A stretch of 64,000 nt of DNA, from assembly GCA_006226545.1 (NCBI GenBank), contig SBGR01000026.1:201-64200 (forward strand). Reading direction: 5' to 3'. Of this stretch, positions 1 through 8,381 are shown one piece after another; position 1 is the first letter of the stretch; every line of letters begins with the position of its first letter. Origin of the DNA: Bacteroidota bacterium. GTDB taxonomy: Bacteria; Bacteroidota; Bacteroidia; UBA8524. A model generated the notes under the pieces. That model made no database searches. It worked only from the letters and a program-made list of their open reading frames with translations, and had not been told where the DNA came from. The translations under genes were made by a program, and so were the position numbers.

Positions 1-1
1 G

Positions 2-142
2 CAGTACCTGAGTGTTATGAAGGTGCTGGGGCTAGAAAAGGATTTATTGTTATTAGCCAAGGATGACCAATTGGGAAGGAAATTGCAAGATGCCAGGCTG
101 GAAACAAATAAAAGGGCACCAAAACGACATGACAAGTCATGA
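2..142 (+). CDS. HipB-like XRE/HTH antitoxin, C-terminal fragment (5' end outside window)
   Basis: Not in ORF track. Frame 2 reads QYLSVMKVLGLEKDLLLLAKDDQLGRKLQDARLETNKRAPKRHDKS*, resembling the C-terminus of HTH antitoxins found upstream of hipA. Its stop overlaps the hipA start (ATGA, 139-142). Confidence 0.75.
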   Translation, partial: QYLSVMKVLGLEKDLLLLAKDDQLGRKLQDARLETNKRAPKRHDKS

Positions 143-1404
143 GTACTAAGAACACAAAAAAAAATGTATTTGTATTTGCGCATTGGGAACCACTAAAAGA
201 ACCTATTTTAATGGGCACCCTGCATTCTGAACTATTAAGGGGGAAAGAGGTCTTTTCTTTTGAATACGAAAATGCATGGTTGCAGTCTGAATACGCACAG
301 GTGCTGGATCCTGATCTAGATTTATATGAGGGTTTACATTACCTCAATGAGGGCAAACCGAATTTTGGTTTGTTTTTAGATTCCTCTCCGGATAGATGGG
401 GACGAATATTAATGCGAAAACGAGAGGCAGCATTGGCAAGGATGGAAGAAAGGTCAGTACGAAATCTATTTGAGACCGATTATCTGCTCGGTGTTTATGA
501 TGGCCACAGAATGGGTGGTTTGCGATTTAAATTGGAGATGAATGGGCCCTTCTTAAATAACAACAAGGGAATGGCATCTCCTCCCTGGACTTCTATTCGA
601 GCATTAGAGGAAATAAGCTTAAGGTTGGAAAATGATGAAGTTGTAAATGATCCTGAATATTTAAAATGGTTAAGTATGCTGGTAGCGCCTGGATCTTCCC
701 TAGGAGGCGCTCGCCCCAAAGCAAGTATAATTGATGAAAAAGGTCAATTGTGGATTGCAAAATTTCCAAGTGGAAATGATCATTTTGATGTTGGCGCTTG
801 GGAAATGGTAACCTATGAGTTGGCGAAAGCTGCCGGAATAAATATGGCAGAATGCAGAGCACAACAGTTTTCGAGCAAGCATCACACCTTTTTAACTAAA
901 CGCTTTGATCGTTCATCGGATGGACAAAGAATTCATTTCGCCTCGGCCATGACCATGCTTGGTTTTGCTGATGGACAAGATGGAGCCAGTTACCTTGATA
1001 TTGTTGATTTCTTAACGAGCCACGGAAGAAATGTGAAAAATGATTTAAAAGAGCTTTGGCGCAGAATTGTTTTCAACATCAGTGTATCAAATACCGATGA
1101 TCATTTGCGTAATCATGGTTTTATTCTTCATCCGGAAGGCTGGGTGCTTTCACCGGCTTATGATATTAACCCGGTTGAAACCGGGACTGGACTGAGTTTG
1201 AACATCTCAGAAAGCGATAACACTTTGGATTTCGACTTGGCCTTAAAGGTGAAAAACTACTTTAGATTAGATGAAGAAGAGGCTCATCAAATTATAAGTG
1301 AAGTTACGGAAGCAGTAATTAACTGGAAGGCTGTTGCGAAAAAATATGGTATTTCCAATGCTGAGTGTGAGCTTAAGTCCAGAGCCTTTAAAGCAGCTCA
1401 TTAG
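139..1404 (+). CDS. hipA: HipA-family Ser/Thr kinase toxin (type II TA)
   Basis: PDRWGR, P-loop GSSLGGARPKA, catalytic NTDDHLRNHGF and LSPAYD motifs. Confidence 0.92.
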   Translation: MSTKNTKKNVFVFAHWEPLKEPILMGTLHSELLRGKEVFSFEYENAWLQSEYAQVLDPDLDLYEGLHYLNEGKPNFGLFLDSSPDRWGRILMRKREAALARMEERSVRNLFETDYLLGVYDGHRMGGLRFKLEMNGPFLNNNKGMASPPWTSIRALEEISLRLENDEVVNDPEYLKWLSMLVAPGSSLGGARPKASIIDEKGQLWIAKFPSGNDHFDVGAWEMVTYELAKAAGINMAECRAQQFSSKHHTFLTKRFDRSSDGQRIHFASAMTMLGFADGQDGASYLDIVDFLTSHGRNVKNDLKELWRRIVFNISVSNTDDHLRNHGFILHPEGWVLSPAYDINPVETGTGLSLNISESDNTLDFDLALKVKNYFRLDEEEAHQIISEVTEAVINWKAVAKKYGISNAECELKSRAFKAAH

Positions 1405-1414
1405 TTTCGCGAGG

Positions 1415-2788
1415 TTATTTTCCAATACAAAACTTCCCGAAAATATTTCCCAAGAGGTCGTCGGTGCTGATTTCACCCGTGATGTCGCCGAGGTAGTGGA
1501 TCGCTCTGCGGATGTCTTCTGCGAGGAGGTCGCCGGTGAGGCCGCTGTTGAGTCCGGTATAGGCTGCTTCCAAGGCGTCTTTGGTTTCGCGTAAAGCCTC
1601 CAGGTGACGCACATTGCTCACCGTAGCGCCGGAAGCGCCGAGGTTTGCTTCGTTCGCTAGCTTGCTCAAAGCGGCAATCAGGCTGTCGATGTCTTTGTTT
1701 TTGGCGGATACCTGCAAAATCTCCGGTCTGGCTTTCAAGGCTTTCTGCTGTGCCTCGCTTAAACCATCTACTTTATTGGCCACCAATAGAATTTCGGCTT
1801 GTCCGGTTTCGAAGCGTTGGGTTTCGGCTGCCACTTCTTCCAAGCTCATCTCCCGTGCATCGAAGAGGTAAATCACCACCGCCGCATTTTTCATCTTCTC
1901 CAAAGCCCTCGCTATACCAATCTTCTCTATCTCCGATTCGGCATCGTGGCGGATGCCCGCGGTATCGATAAAGCGAAACAGAATACCCTTCAATTGAATG
2001 GCTTCTTCCACGGTATCGCGTGTGGTGCCTGCTATATCGCTCACTATCGCTCGCTCTTCGTTCAAGAGAGCATTGAGCAAAGTCGATTTACCCGCATTGG
2101 GTTTGCCGGCAATAACGGTAGCGTAGCCGTTCTTCATCACATTGCCGAAACGGAAGGATTCAATCAGTCTGTTCACTGCTGCCAAAATCTTCAGGATAAG
2201 GTTCGCTAGCTGATCCCGATCTGCAAACTCCACATCCTCTTCCGAGAAATCGAGCTCCAACTCCACCAATGAGGCAAAGTCGATCAACTCCTGACGTAAC
2301 ACACTGATCTCTTTGGAAAAGCCACCCTTCATCTGGTACATGGCCGTCTTCAAGGCTCCGGCTGAATCGGCAGCAATCATATCGGCCACCGCTTCCGCCT
2401 GCGATAAATCCATCTTACCGTTCAAGAAAGCCCGAAGCGTAAACTCTCCCGGAGAGGCTAGGCGAATGCCCTGCTTCCCTAAAAGTTCTAAAATTCGTTC
2501 TTGGATAAAGCTGGAACCGTGGCAAGAAATCTCCGCCACATCTTGTCCGGTATAGGATTTCGGGTTGTGAAAAACAGCCACCAAAACTTCGTCGAGCTCT
2601 TGATCACCGTCTTTGATTTTACCCAGGTGCACTGTATGCGTTGGCACCTCGCTCAGCTTCTTTCCCTGGAAGACCTGATCGAGAACCTCAAAGGTTTTCG
2701 GACCGCTTATGCGAATCACGCCTATCGCTCCAACACCCGAGGGCGTAGCTAAGGCGGCAATGGTATCATCCGGGAAATAGCCAATCAT
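1415..2788 (-). CDS. mnmE: tRNA modification GTPase MnmE (TrmE)
   Basis: DTIAALATP, GKPNAGKS, GTTRD, DTAG, NKVD and C-terminal FCIGK. Confidence 0.98.
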   Translation of the reverse strand: MIGYFPDDTIAALATPSGVGAIGVIRISGPKTFEVLDQVFQGKKLSEVPTHTVHLGKIKDGDQELDEVLVAVFHNPKSYTGQDVAEISCHGSSFIQERILELLGKQGIRLASPGEFTLRAFLNGKMDLSQAEAVADMIAADSAGALKTAMYQMKGGFSKEISVLRQELIDFASLVELELDFSEEDVEFADRDQLANLILKILAAVNRLIESFRFGNVMKNGYATVIAGKPNAGKSTLLNALLNEERAIVSDIAGTTRDTVEEAIQLKGILFRFIDTAGIRHDAESEIEKIGIARALEKMKNAAVVIYLFDAREMSLEEVAAETQRFETGQAEILLVANKVDGLSEAQQKALKARPEILQVSAKNKDIDSLIAALSKLANEANLGASGATVSNVRHLEALRETKDALEAAYTGLNSGLTGDLLAEDIRRAIHYLGDITGEISTDDLLGNIFGKFCIGK

Positions 2789-2792
2789 GCTG

Positions 2793-2800
2793 CAAAACTA
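2793..2800 (-). promoter_or_regulatory. Bacteroidota -7 promoter box (TAGTTTTG) for mnmE
   Basis: Exact TAnnTTTG match 4 nt upstream of the ATG. Confidence 0.6.
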
Positions 2801-2820
2801 GCGAAAAGGCCGGGAAGCTT

Positions 2821-3333
2821 TTAGCCTGGCATGCTGACGACGCCAATTTTAAAATCGTTAGGTCCGATATAGCACTTCGTTCGCCTGAATAATCGGAAGC
2901 CGGAATTGACCAAAATGGGCACCACCGTAACAACCACCGCCACACCAATGGAAGCGCCTACAAAGGGCGAAAAAGCCCCCGTGCTTGCCAAATAACCCGC
3001 TTCAACAGCCAGCGTACTCAAGCCCGTACTTAGCAGATTTATGGCCCACAGCTGTTTGGGAAAAAACTCGGCTTTGTCGCGCAATTGGATATAGTCAATT
3101 TCAGAATACAGGATGCTATCGTCCGGACTGAAATACAATGCTGAATCGCTAAAGGCATAGATGGCCCCACTGCGCATGGGAAAGTTTCGTTGCGGACGAA
3201 GTTTAATCTGATCGCCCACATAATAGTAATACCGTTGCTGCTTGCCGGGTTTGTAGATAACGAGGTAATCCTTCGCAAAGGCTTCGCCAAGACTACAAAG
3301 CACAAGCAAAACAAGCAGTAGCATTTTTTTCAT
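2821..3333 (-). CDS. Hypothetical exported/membrane protein
   Basis: Signal peptide MKKMLLLVLLVLC, two C-terminal hydrophobic segments; ATAG-type 4-nt overlap with the upstream gene. Confidence 0.75.
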   Translation of the reverse strand: MKKMLLLVLLVLCSLGEAFAKDYLVIYKPGKQQRYYYYVGDQIKLRPQRNFPMRSGAIYAFSDSALYFSPDDSILYSEIDYIQLRDKAEFFPKQLWAINLLSTGLSTLAVEAGYLASTGAFSPFVGASIGVAVVVTVVPILVNSGFRLFRRTKCYIGPNDFKIGVVSMPG

Positions 3334-3758
3334 AGATCGTCTGATTTATCCAGCACCTCCCAGGTCTTGTCGGCCATTAGTCGCACGGTTGCGATATAGC
3401 GATCAAAGGCCTTGCTTCTGCCCCACTCGCCGGGAGCAATCAGGGAAAGTTTTCTGTTCCCCTCGTGTTCATAAAGATAGTAGCTTAATCCCACTTGCGG
3501 CACAAAACGCATATCGGCCTCGTAGATTTGCCTTGAAATCTCCACCCTCGCTTCGATGTCTCTAGCCTGTTGCATCAACAGCTCCGCTTGCTTACGCAGC
3601 ATACTGATTTGCTGGTCGGCATGGTGGCGCATCGCTTCATAAGCCGTGGCCTTCACCTTGCCTTTATCGATGGGTTTGATCTGCGCCGAGCCCACGTGCA
3701 AGGGTAAAGGGGCAAAGGAGGCTTCGCCGGTATAGGATTCTTCTTTCTCTTCGCTCAT
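3330..3758 (-). CDS. DUF2452-like protein
   Basis: Start moved to MSEEKEE (3758); coiled-coil followed by F.P.VG..YYLYE...LSLIAPGEW; -7 box at 3764-3771. Confidence 0.75.
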   Translation of the reverse strand: MSEEKEESYTGEASFAPLPLHVGSAQIKPIDKGKVKATAYEAMRHHADQQISMLRKQAELLMQQARDIEARVEISRQIYEADMRFVPQVGLSYYLYEHEGNRKLSLIAPGEWGRSKAFDRYIATVRLMADKTWEVLDKSDDL

Positions 3759-3763
3759 CACAA

Positions 3764-3771
3764 CAAAAATA
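3764..3771 (-). promoter_or_regulatory. Bacteroidota -7 promoter box (TATTTTTG)
   Basis: Exact TAnnTTTG match 5 nt upstream of the ATG at 3758. Confidence 0.55.
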
Positions 3772-3849
3772 AATTCATTTACTTCCTTTGCAGAAGCTTT
3801 TAAGCTGAACAATTGCCTTTGCGCTTTGTTCAGAACAAGTGACGGGTTC

Positions 3850-4491
3850 ATGAAAGGTAAAGTAAACATATCTGATTCGCTGTTAACCACGGTGCTTCTT
3901 ATCCTATACGCAGTAGGCGTGGCCGGGTTACAGTTTAGCGAAACCAAAAGCCTTTTTCTAGCGATGGTGCCCGGGTTTCTGCTGGTAAACCTGATTATCC
4001 TGCTTTTTAAACACGAGAGCTTTACCAAGTCGTTTGGCCTCTGGGCACTGATTACCTACGTGATCGGTTTTTCCGCCGAATGGGTTGGCGTGCATACCGG
4101 ATTGATCTTTGGCCGATACGTTTACGGACCGGTACTAGGCTGGCAGCTCGATGAGATTCCATTGATTATCGGGGTCAATTGGGTGCTTTTGGCCTATGCC
4201 AGCAGAGACATCGCAGGTAGGGTATTTAAACATCCGGTTTTGCGCATCCTCTTCGCTGCTGTTTTGATGGTGCTGCTCGACCTTCAAATTGAACCGGTAG
4301 CGCAAGAATTAAACTTCTGGATTTGGGCCGACTTCCAAATTCCACTGCAGAATTACATAGGCTGGTTTGGGGTTTCAGTGCTCTTGTTTAGCTTGAGTGA
4401 ATGGCTTTTTAAGCGATGGTATAATCCCCTTTCGGTGCAGGTCTACCTTGGACTTTATGTCTTTTTTACCTTATTGCGTCTGATGCAATGA
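3850..4491 (+). CDS. Carotenoid biosynthesis membrane protein (CruF-like 1,2-hydratase, DUF422)
   Basis: EWVGVHTGLIFGRYVYG, IPLIIGVNW, D..IEPVA and IPLQNYIGW motifs; multi-TM; near crtZ. Confidence 0.8.
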   Translation: MKGKVNISDSLLTTVLLILYAVGVAGLQFSETKSLFLAMVPGFLLVNLIILLFKHESFTKSFGLWALITYVIGFSAEWVGVHTGLIFGRYVYGPVLGWQLDEIPLIIGVNWVLLAYASRDIAGRVFKHPVLRILFAAVLMVLLDLQIEPVAQELNFWIWADFQIPLQNYIGWFGVSVLLFSLSEWLFKRWYNPLSVQVYLGLYVFFTLLRLMQ

Positions 4492-4526
4492 ACCAATTGC
4501 CTTTGAAAACGTTGAAACAAAACTGT

Positions 4527-5138
4527 ATGATAAAACACGCTCTGAATTTGAGTTTAGTAGCCGGCGCGCTGCTGTTATTTAGCCAATGTCAAGATTCAGC
4601 ACATGCTTCTGAATCAAGCTTGAGCGAAGAAGAACTTTGTAAACCTGCTAAAATGGAAAGCACCACCAATTTCTACGATTATACCGTCTTATCGCTATCG
4701 GGTAAAGACACCTTACGCATGTCTGACTTCAAAGGCAAGTTTGTGCTTTGTGTGAATGTGGCTTCCGAATGCGGCTATACACCGCAATACGAAGACTTGG
4801 AAGCCTTATACCAGAAATACAAAGACACATTGGTAGTAATCGGTTTCCCGTGCAATCAGTTTGGCGGACAAGAATCCGGTACTGCAGATGAGATTGCCAG
4901 CTTCTGCAAAAAGAACTACGGCGTAAGCTTTCCTTTGAGCGAAAAGATTGAAGTGAAAGGCGCAAACCAGCACCCTATTTACAGCTGGTTGACTACGCAA
5001 ACTAAAAACGGCTTGGGCGATTACGAGGTGGCTTGGAACTTCAATAAGTTTCTCATCAATCCGGAAGGCAAACTCTTAAAGTATTTCCCTTCCAGTGTGA
5101 AGCCGATGTCGGATGAACTGACTTCTCTCATCAAGTAG
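4527..5138 (+). CDS. Cys-type glutathione peroxidase-family protein with putative lipoprotein signal
   Basis: NVASECGYT, GFPCNQFG and WNFNKF motifs; N-terminal hydrophobic stretch ending LFSQC; alternative start at 4488. Confidence 0.92.
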   Translation: MIKHALNLSLVAGALLLFSQCQDSAHASESSLSEEELCKPAKMESTTNFYDYTVLSLSGKDTLRMSDFKGKFVLCVNVASECGYTPQYEDLEALYQKYKDTLVVIGFPCNQFGGQESGTADEIASFCKKNYGVSFPLSEKIEVKGANQHPIYSWLTTQTKNGLGDYEVAWNFNKFLINPEGKLLKYFPSSVKPMSDELTSLIK

Positions 5139-5139
5139 A

Positions 5140-5601
5140 ATGAATACCTGGATTGCCTTCGCATTGGTTATAGGAACCTTTTGGTTCATGGAGTTTATGG
5201 CGTGGTTTAGCCATAAATACGTGATGCACGGACTGATGTGGCATGTGCACCGCGACCACCACCAAGGCAGTCAGGGGTTCTTTGAACGCAACGACCTCTT
5301 CTTCTTGATATTCGCTGTACCGAGCTGGCTATTTATCATGTTCGGTATGATGGCCGGTAACGACTGGCGCCTGTTTGTAGGCTTAGGCATCTTGCTTTAC
5401 GGCTTTGCTTATTTCCTGGTGCATGACGTGATCATTCACCAGCGTTTTAAGTGGTTCAGAGACTGGGACAATACCTATGTCCGCGCCATCCGCAGAGCCC
5501 ACAAGATGCACCACAAGCACCTTAACAAAGAAGACGGCGAATCATTCGGCATGCTCATCGTGCACAAGCGCTATTGGGACATGGTGCGCAAGAAAGGGTG
5601 A
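5140..5601 (+). CDS. crtZ: Beta-carotene hydroxylase
   Basis: His boxes HKYVMHG, HRDHH, HDVIIHQR, HKMHH; FERND and ESFG motifs. Confidence 0.92.
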   Translation: MNTWIAFALVIGTFWFMEFMAWFSHKYVMHGLMWHVHRDHHQGSQGFFERNDLFFLIFAVPSWLFIMFGMMAGNDWRLFVGLGILLYGFAYFLVHDVIIHQRFKWFRDWDNTYVRAIRRAHKMHHKHLNKEDGESFGMLIVHKRYWDMVRKKG

Positions 5602-5623
5602 GCTTCTCATTGCGTGAGAAGCT
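5601..5623. terminator. Hairpin between convergent crtZ and OmpA-domain genes
   Basis: Perfect 9-bp stem AGCTTCTCA-ttgcg-TGAGAAGCT; no strong U-tract. Confidence 0.5.
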
Positions 5624-5646
5624 GTTGAATGTTCATTGTTGACTGT
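5623..5646 (+). repeat. Degenerate heptamer tandem repeat
   Basis: TGTTGAA TGTTCAT TGTTGAC TGT. Confidence 0.45.
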
Positions 5647-5662
5647 AGGAAGGATAGTATTG

Positions 5663-6856
5663 CTATTCTTTCCTAGGCTGAAGAATGTAGAGGTAAGGAC
5701 GAGTTGACGCCGGCTTATAGACATAGATAATCTCCTTCACCCTCGCATAAGGTAATCTATAAGGCTGAATTCGTTCTACATAGGCTTTCAGATTCCCTAT
5801 TGCGGAGGTGTCTTGTGCCGCATCGCAGAACTTCCCATAAGTATATTCATACCAATTAAGCTGAACTGGTTTATGCGTTATCACAACATAAAGGTTGTAT
5901 AAGCTGTCTGTAGGACTTTCAGTCCAATTTATCCCTCCCATCACACATACTTCCCACTCGCATTTCTCGGGATAATACTGGTAATCCCCAATCCGCAAAT
6001 TGGTGTCACCTGATATTCCAAATTCGTCCATCAGTTTTCTTTTTTGAAAGAATGAATCGATTTGCAAAACGTAACCTGAATTGATTCCAAACGCCCCCGA
6101 TTTGGACTCCAAAATCTTAATTCTGGAAGGTGAAGGATCATGGTTACGAATGGAGTGTGCTTGCTTCAGCCAGTTCCGATTTTTTCTTTTTAACCATGGC
6201 AAATGACCTTTCTCTTTCACCACGTAGATTGTGAAATAAGCTTCTTGAAACTGGGCGATATCCTTCACCATTTGCCATTGATTCTGTTTTTGCCCTAAAG
6301 AATCGTAAAACGGATATGCCATGTATTCAAAAGTGAATGGTCCTTCTGGATTGAAATAGTGCACCCTTTGCAGCTCGCGCTTTTCCGTCAACCGAATAAC
6401 CAATCGCCTGTTCATCTGGTGTTCTCGTTCGTCACAAATTTGATTTCCAGGATCCGTTCGTTCGCACTTACATTTTTCAAGCAAAAGCATTTTTTCACCC
6501 ATGCCTTTAGCTTCAATTTGCCAAGCGGGAAATCCTTTGCTCAACAAATAGGCAAGGAGCGTATCTGCTCTTCTTTGCGAAAAGGAGTCGTTGTAACTCT
6601 GTCCAGCCCGACAATCGGTATGAACCTCTAACCTAAATTTCCAATTAGGCAACATTTTCAGTGAGTCCATCACTTCATCTAAAGCATGACCTAAATCGGG
6701 ACGTAAACTATAGCCTTGGCACCAATCGGAAAGGTATTCGTGTACCTGAAAATAATCGTCTACCTTGGGATTTTGTAAATCTACAGGCTTGCCCCTTTCT
6801 TGCGCGAAAACAGATAGGACCAAAAATAAAACAAGGATAAATCCACCAAGCCTCAT
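5663..6856 (-). CDS. OmpA-like peptidoglycan-binding domain protein with unknown C-terminal region
   Basis: Signal peptide from MRLGG; HTDCRAGQSYNDSFSQRRA, AKGMGE and HQMNRR OmpA_C motifs. Confidence 0.8.
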   Translation of the reverse strand: MRLGGFILVLFLVLSVFAQERGKPVDLQNPKVDDYFQVHEYLSDWCQGYSLRPDLGHALDEVMDSLKMLPNWKFRLEVHTDCRAGQSYNDSFSQRRADTLLAYLLSKGFPAWQIEAKGMGEKMLLLEKCKCERTDPGNQICDEREHQMNRRLVIRLTEKRELQRVHYFNPEGPFTFEYMAYPFYDSLGQKQNQWQMVKDIAQFQEAYFTIYVVKEKGHLPWLKRKNRNWLKQAHSIRNHDPSPSRIKILESKSGAFGINSGYVLQIDSFFQKRKLMDEFGISGDTNLRIGDYQYYPEKCEWEVCVMGGINWTESPTDSLYNLYVVITHKPVQLNWYEYTYGKFCDAAQDTSAIGNLKAYVERIQPYRLPYARVKEIIYVYKPASTRPYLYILQPRKE

Positions 6857-6883
6857 AGGAATAGAACGAAAATATTCAAAATA

Positions 6884-6917
6884 GTTACATCCACAGTCCA
6901 ACAGCCGACAGTTAACA
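6884..6917 (-). repeat. Degenerate heptamer tandem repeat, inverted relative to 5623-5646
   Basis: Minus strand reads TGTTAAC TGTCGGC TGTTGGAC TGTGGA TGTAAC. Confidence 0.4.
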
Positions 6918-6948
6918 ATAAAGAATCCCGCCCTTCCGTTTACTTTCT

Positions 6949-7680
6949 ATGAACTGGGCAATCGTTCTCCTTACTGGTGTTACCATCCTAGGCAATGGTT
7001 TCAAAGCCGAGCATAAAAAGAATGCAAGGGTGAAAAACGCCTACCAGGAAAAAGAGGAAGTCGTTACCCAACTCTTAACCAAACAAGGCCTCAAAGCCAA
7101 CGACTTGCGCATTTTCTTACGTGCATTGAAAGAAGAGAAGAAGCTGGAGATTTGGGGCTCATCGCTCAAGAAGGAAGAGTGGAAATTGATTCAGACGTAT
7201 AGCATCTGCTCTGCTTCAGGTGAACTTGGCCCGAAACGCAAACAAGGTGATTGGCAGGTTCCGGAAGGCTTTTACCACATTGAAGAACACCGATTTAATC
7301 CGGTTAGTTCATTTCACCTTTCGCTGGGTATAAATTACCCCAATGCCTCTGATAAAATCTTAAGCGATAAGAAAAAGCCCGGAAGCGATATTTATATCCA
7401 CGGTGCCTGTGCCTCCATTGGCTGTATGGCCATGACAGATGACTTTATTCAAGAAATCTACATCATGGCCGTAGAAGCCCGCAACAACGGTCAAAAGAAC
7501 ATACCGGTACATATATTTCCCTGCTACATGAACGATAGCAACCTGAAACGCATTCAGACTGAGTATCCGCAACACAAGTCATTCTGGACGAGTCTGCAAA
7601 AAGGCTATTCGCACTTTGAAAAACAGCACAAACTGCCGTCATTTGTGGTAAACGCCAAAGGCGACTACATTTTCAAATGA
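6949..7680 (+). CDS. L,D-transpeptidase family (YkuD/YafK-like)
   Basis: GPKRKQGDWQVPEGFY, INYPN and catalytic IHGACASIGC. Confidence 0.9.
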   Translation: MNWAIVLLTGVTILGNGFKAEHKKNARVKNAYQEKEEVVTQLLTKQGLKANDLRIFLRALKEEKKLEIWGSSLKKEEWKLIQTYSICSASGELGPKRKQGDWQVPEGFYHIEEHRFNPVSSFHLSLGINYPNASDKILSDKKKPGSDIYIHGACASIGCMAMTDDFIQEIYIMAVEARNNGQKNIPVHIFPCYMNDSNLKRIQTEYPQHKSFWTSLQKGYSHFEKQHKLPSFVVNAKGDYIFK

Positions 7681-8381
7681 GGTTTAAACTGCTCTTTCTT
7701 ATTGGTCTTTTTAGCTTGAATGCCTCCGCAGAGCGACTGCTGTCAGAAGTGGAAGTGTTTAGCAGTGCGGTAAACGGAAAGATTGAGTTGACCCTTTACG
7801 GACAAACTGAAGTCTACCTCGATGAAGTTCCCAAAGACCGGATCTGCGGCATACACCGCAAGGCTTATGTGAAAGCCAAAGACCGCAAAAGAGGTAAAAC
7901 AGAGCAAGGCACCGCACTTTACGATGAAAGCGGCAAATTGATTGGCAAAGCCGAGAAAGCCATCTTCTTATTAGACAATCCGGATACTACCGGAATACCT
8001 TTTTTCTTTTATGTACGCGGTTATATCTACAGCGACCGCATCGACGTAAACAGCATTCCTGAAAAGGTTTTAGCGATGGACTTGAAAGAGCATAAAGGCC
8101 AAATGGACAGTGCTCAATTGGCCGGTTTTTTAGCGAAGTTTAGCTTTGAACACACCGCTGACACCATGGGTTTTCACTTGTTTCAGATGGAAGAAGAAGA
8201 AAACGTGCGACTCAGTTTAATCTTCCAGAACAAACAATTGGTGGCCATCGTTCCTACCAGGACATTGGAGCTCAGCACCTTCACCACCAAGTTGGAAACA
8301 CCCGGAGCACTCATCTATTACCTTGAAGAATTACGTGAAGAGGAAGAAGCCTGGTTGGTAGGCTATTTTAAGGTGAGGTAA
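7677..8381 (+). CDS. Hypothetical exported protein
   Basis: Signal peptide; ATGA coupling to upstream gene; no family recognised. Confidence 0.7.
   Translation: MRFKLLFLIGLFSLNASAERLLSEVEVFSSAVNGKIELTLYGQTEVYLDEVPKDRICGIHRKAYVKAKDRKRGKTEQGTALYDESGKLIGKAEKAIFLLDNPDTTGIPFFFYVRGYIYSDRIDVNSIPEKVLAMDLKEHKGQMDSAQLAGFLAKFSFEHTADTMGFHLFQMEEEENVRLSLIFQNKQLVAIVPTRTLELSTFTTKLETPGALIYYLEELREEEEAWLVGYFKVR

Noticed and set aside
3759..4028. N-terminal extension of ORF 3330..4028
   Set aside because: Overlaps the cruF-like gene on the other strand; family similarity and a -7 box support the start at 3758.
4770..4772. Possible selenocysteine in the glutathione peroxidase
   Set aside because: The active-site codon is TGC (Cys), not TGA.
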